From: Oculina patagonica
Taxonomy: Eukaryota
Assembly (NCBI RefSeq): GCF_052425735.1
Contig: NC_135759.1
Location: 31,682,001-31,746,000 of the forward strand
Reading direction: 5' to 3'
DNA length: 64,000 nucleotides
Positions 62,901-64,000 of this stretch are shown one piece after another; within the stretch, counting starts at the first letter, position 1; every line of letters begins with the position of its first letter. Made by a program: the position numbers and the translations under genes. The notes beneath the pieces are model-generated. The model had not been told where the DNA came from and made no database searches. It was given only the letters and a program-made list of their open reading frames with translations.

Positions 62901-63931
62901 CACTTCCGGTTGGGTCCAAAACCGCGCACATCGGGGAGCTGGGTCTATTCTGCCTTTGACGTCATGGCCGATCTAGACCCAGCTCCCCACTGTGCGCCGT
63001 GACGTCAAACAATTGCAAGAATGCGCTCAGTGATACACTCAATAACCAAACAAACCGAACATGTAATTTTAAAGCTGCGACGGCATAGATTTAAAATCGC
63101 TAAAACAACACAACACGTGCGCTACTTCTAAATTCGTTTTGAGCCTAATACGTCAAGATTAAAAACCGCCTTTTCATTTTACTTACCTGTATATTTGCTG
63201 ATATGATATATGATAGCGTTTTTTTCACACGCTGTTTCCATCGGCTTTTCTAAAAAAACTATTATTACACTAGTATCCCTCTAGACTTCAGATCATTTAT
63301 AAACTTCCAAGCCTTTAGCTTTTTTTCGGTTTTCCGGCAACCAAGCAGCAATCTTCCTTTGAAATTCCCTGTTCAGTTTGTTTGGTTGTTGAGTGTATCA
63401 CTTGTTGACGTCACGGCGCCCAGTGGGGGAGCTGGGTCTAGACCGGCCATGACGTCAAAAGCAGAATAGACCCAGCTCCCTACTGTGCGCGGTTTTGGAC
63501 CCAACCGGAAGTGAAAATATTGCGTGTTTTAGGTCGGAAACGCGGTGAAAAAAACGAGATTTCGAATTTCTTTTTTCGATGTTCGCATCAGTATACCACG
63601 TAGATTTGATCAGGCAAATAAAAAAAAATCTGTCATATACACTTTAAATGATAACATTATTCTGCAGTTTAGCTCGTGAAATTCCAAGTACTTTTAAACA
63701 AACAAAAACAAATATCCGCACTGCATGTATATGGATTAATCACAAGAACATGAAATAAAGTATTCGGTTAATTTTTTATTACCTGTACAGACATGTCCAT
63801 CTCCCTTGAAACCGACATGACATACACAACTGCTATTCTTGTTGTTTTCGGAAGAGGTGCAAGATGCTTGACTAGCGCAACCAGGCTTTACTTTCTTATC
63901 AGCGTCTTCAAGCAACAAACTAGCATTAGAT
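59913..63931 (-). CDS. 3' end of a calcium-binding EGF-repeat protein (5' exons beyond the window)
   Basis: Exon 63931-63783 (CASQASC...CVCHVGFKGDGHVCT) splices in phase 1 to exon 60238-59913 (DIDECASVNSSCPTNAHCINSIGSYACEC..DVDECKLG..CTNTVGSYKCTC..DINECKAG..CVNTNGSYTCV*). Confidence 0.85.
60613..62768. other. Probable sequencing/assembly artefact (T-depleted, then purine-only sequence)
   Basis: Almost no T over 60613-61780. Its start matches 63648 onward with the Ts deleted. 61920-62768 is nearly all A/G. Confidence 0.85.
62769..63643. mobile_element. TTAA-targeting (Kolobok-like) MITE with TIRs of about 250 bp or more
   Basis: AGTGTATATGAC...CACTTCCGGTTGGGTCCAAAACCGCGCAC...GGGAGCTGGGTCTATTCTGC is mirrored at the right end, which finishes GTCATATACACT|TTAA. 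Confidence 0.85.
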
Positions 63932-63941
63932 CTGCTAAATT

Positions 63942-63966
63942 AAATAATAACAACAACCACAGCAGC

Positions 63967-64000
<34 letters not shown>
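63942..64000. repeat. (AAT)n microsatellite
   Basis: AAT repeats running to the window end. Confidence 0.9.

Overview
AT-rich, intron-rich animal genomic DNA; the gene content and repeat families suggest a cnidarian, probably a stony coral (inference). From left to right: a mitochondrial glutamate carrier (SLC25A22/18-like, +) lies tail-to-tail with V-ATPase subunit E (9 exons, 226 aa, -), the same arrangement as human SLC25A18-ATP6V1E1. Next is a divergently transcribed 9-exon uncharacterised gene carrying three +1 frame lesions. Then comes a cluster of three paralogues encoding signal-peptide-bearing proteins made of four tandem Tudor-like domains (26.2-45.7 kb), one with an added coiled-coil/CxxC/Pro-Ser-Thr stalk. 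A CIPC-like circadian gene sits inside that cluster, with many E-boxes, a 56-bp E-box palindrome and an overlapping uORF. The right end holds two intronless rhodopsin-class GPCRs, tRNA-Gln(TTG) and the 3' end of a calcium-binding EGF-repeat gene. MITEs, tRNA-derived SINEs and Crypton-like remnants are frequent. Bases 60613-62768 look like a sequencing artefact: they begin as a T-stripped copy of the sequence after 63647. The best candidate for a new system is the secreted tetra-Tudor family. All gene models were built by hand from splice signals and frame arithmetic; no database searches were run.
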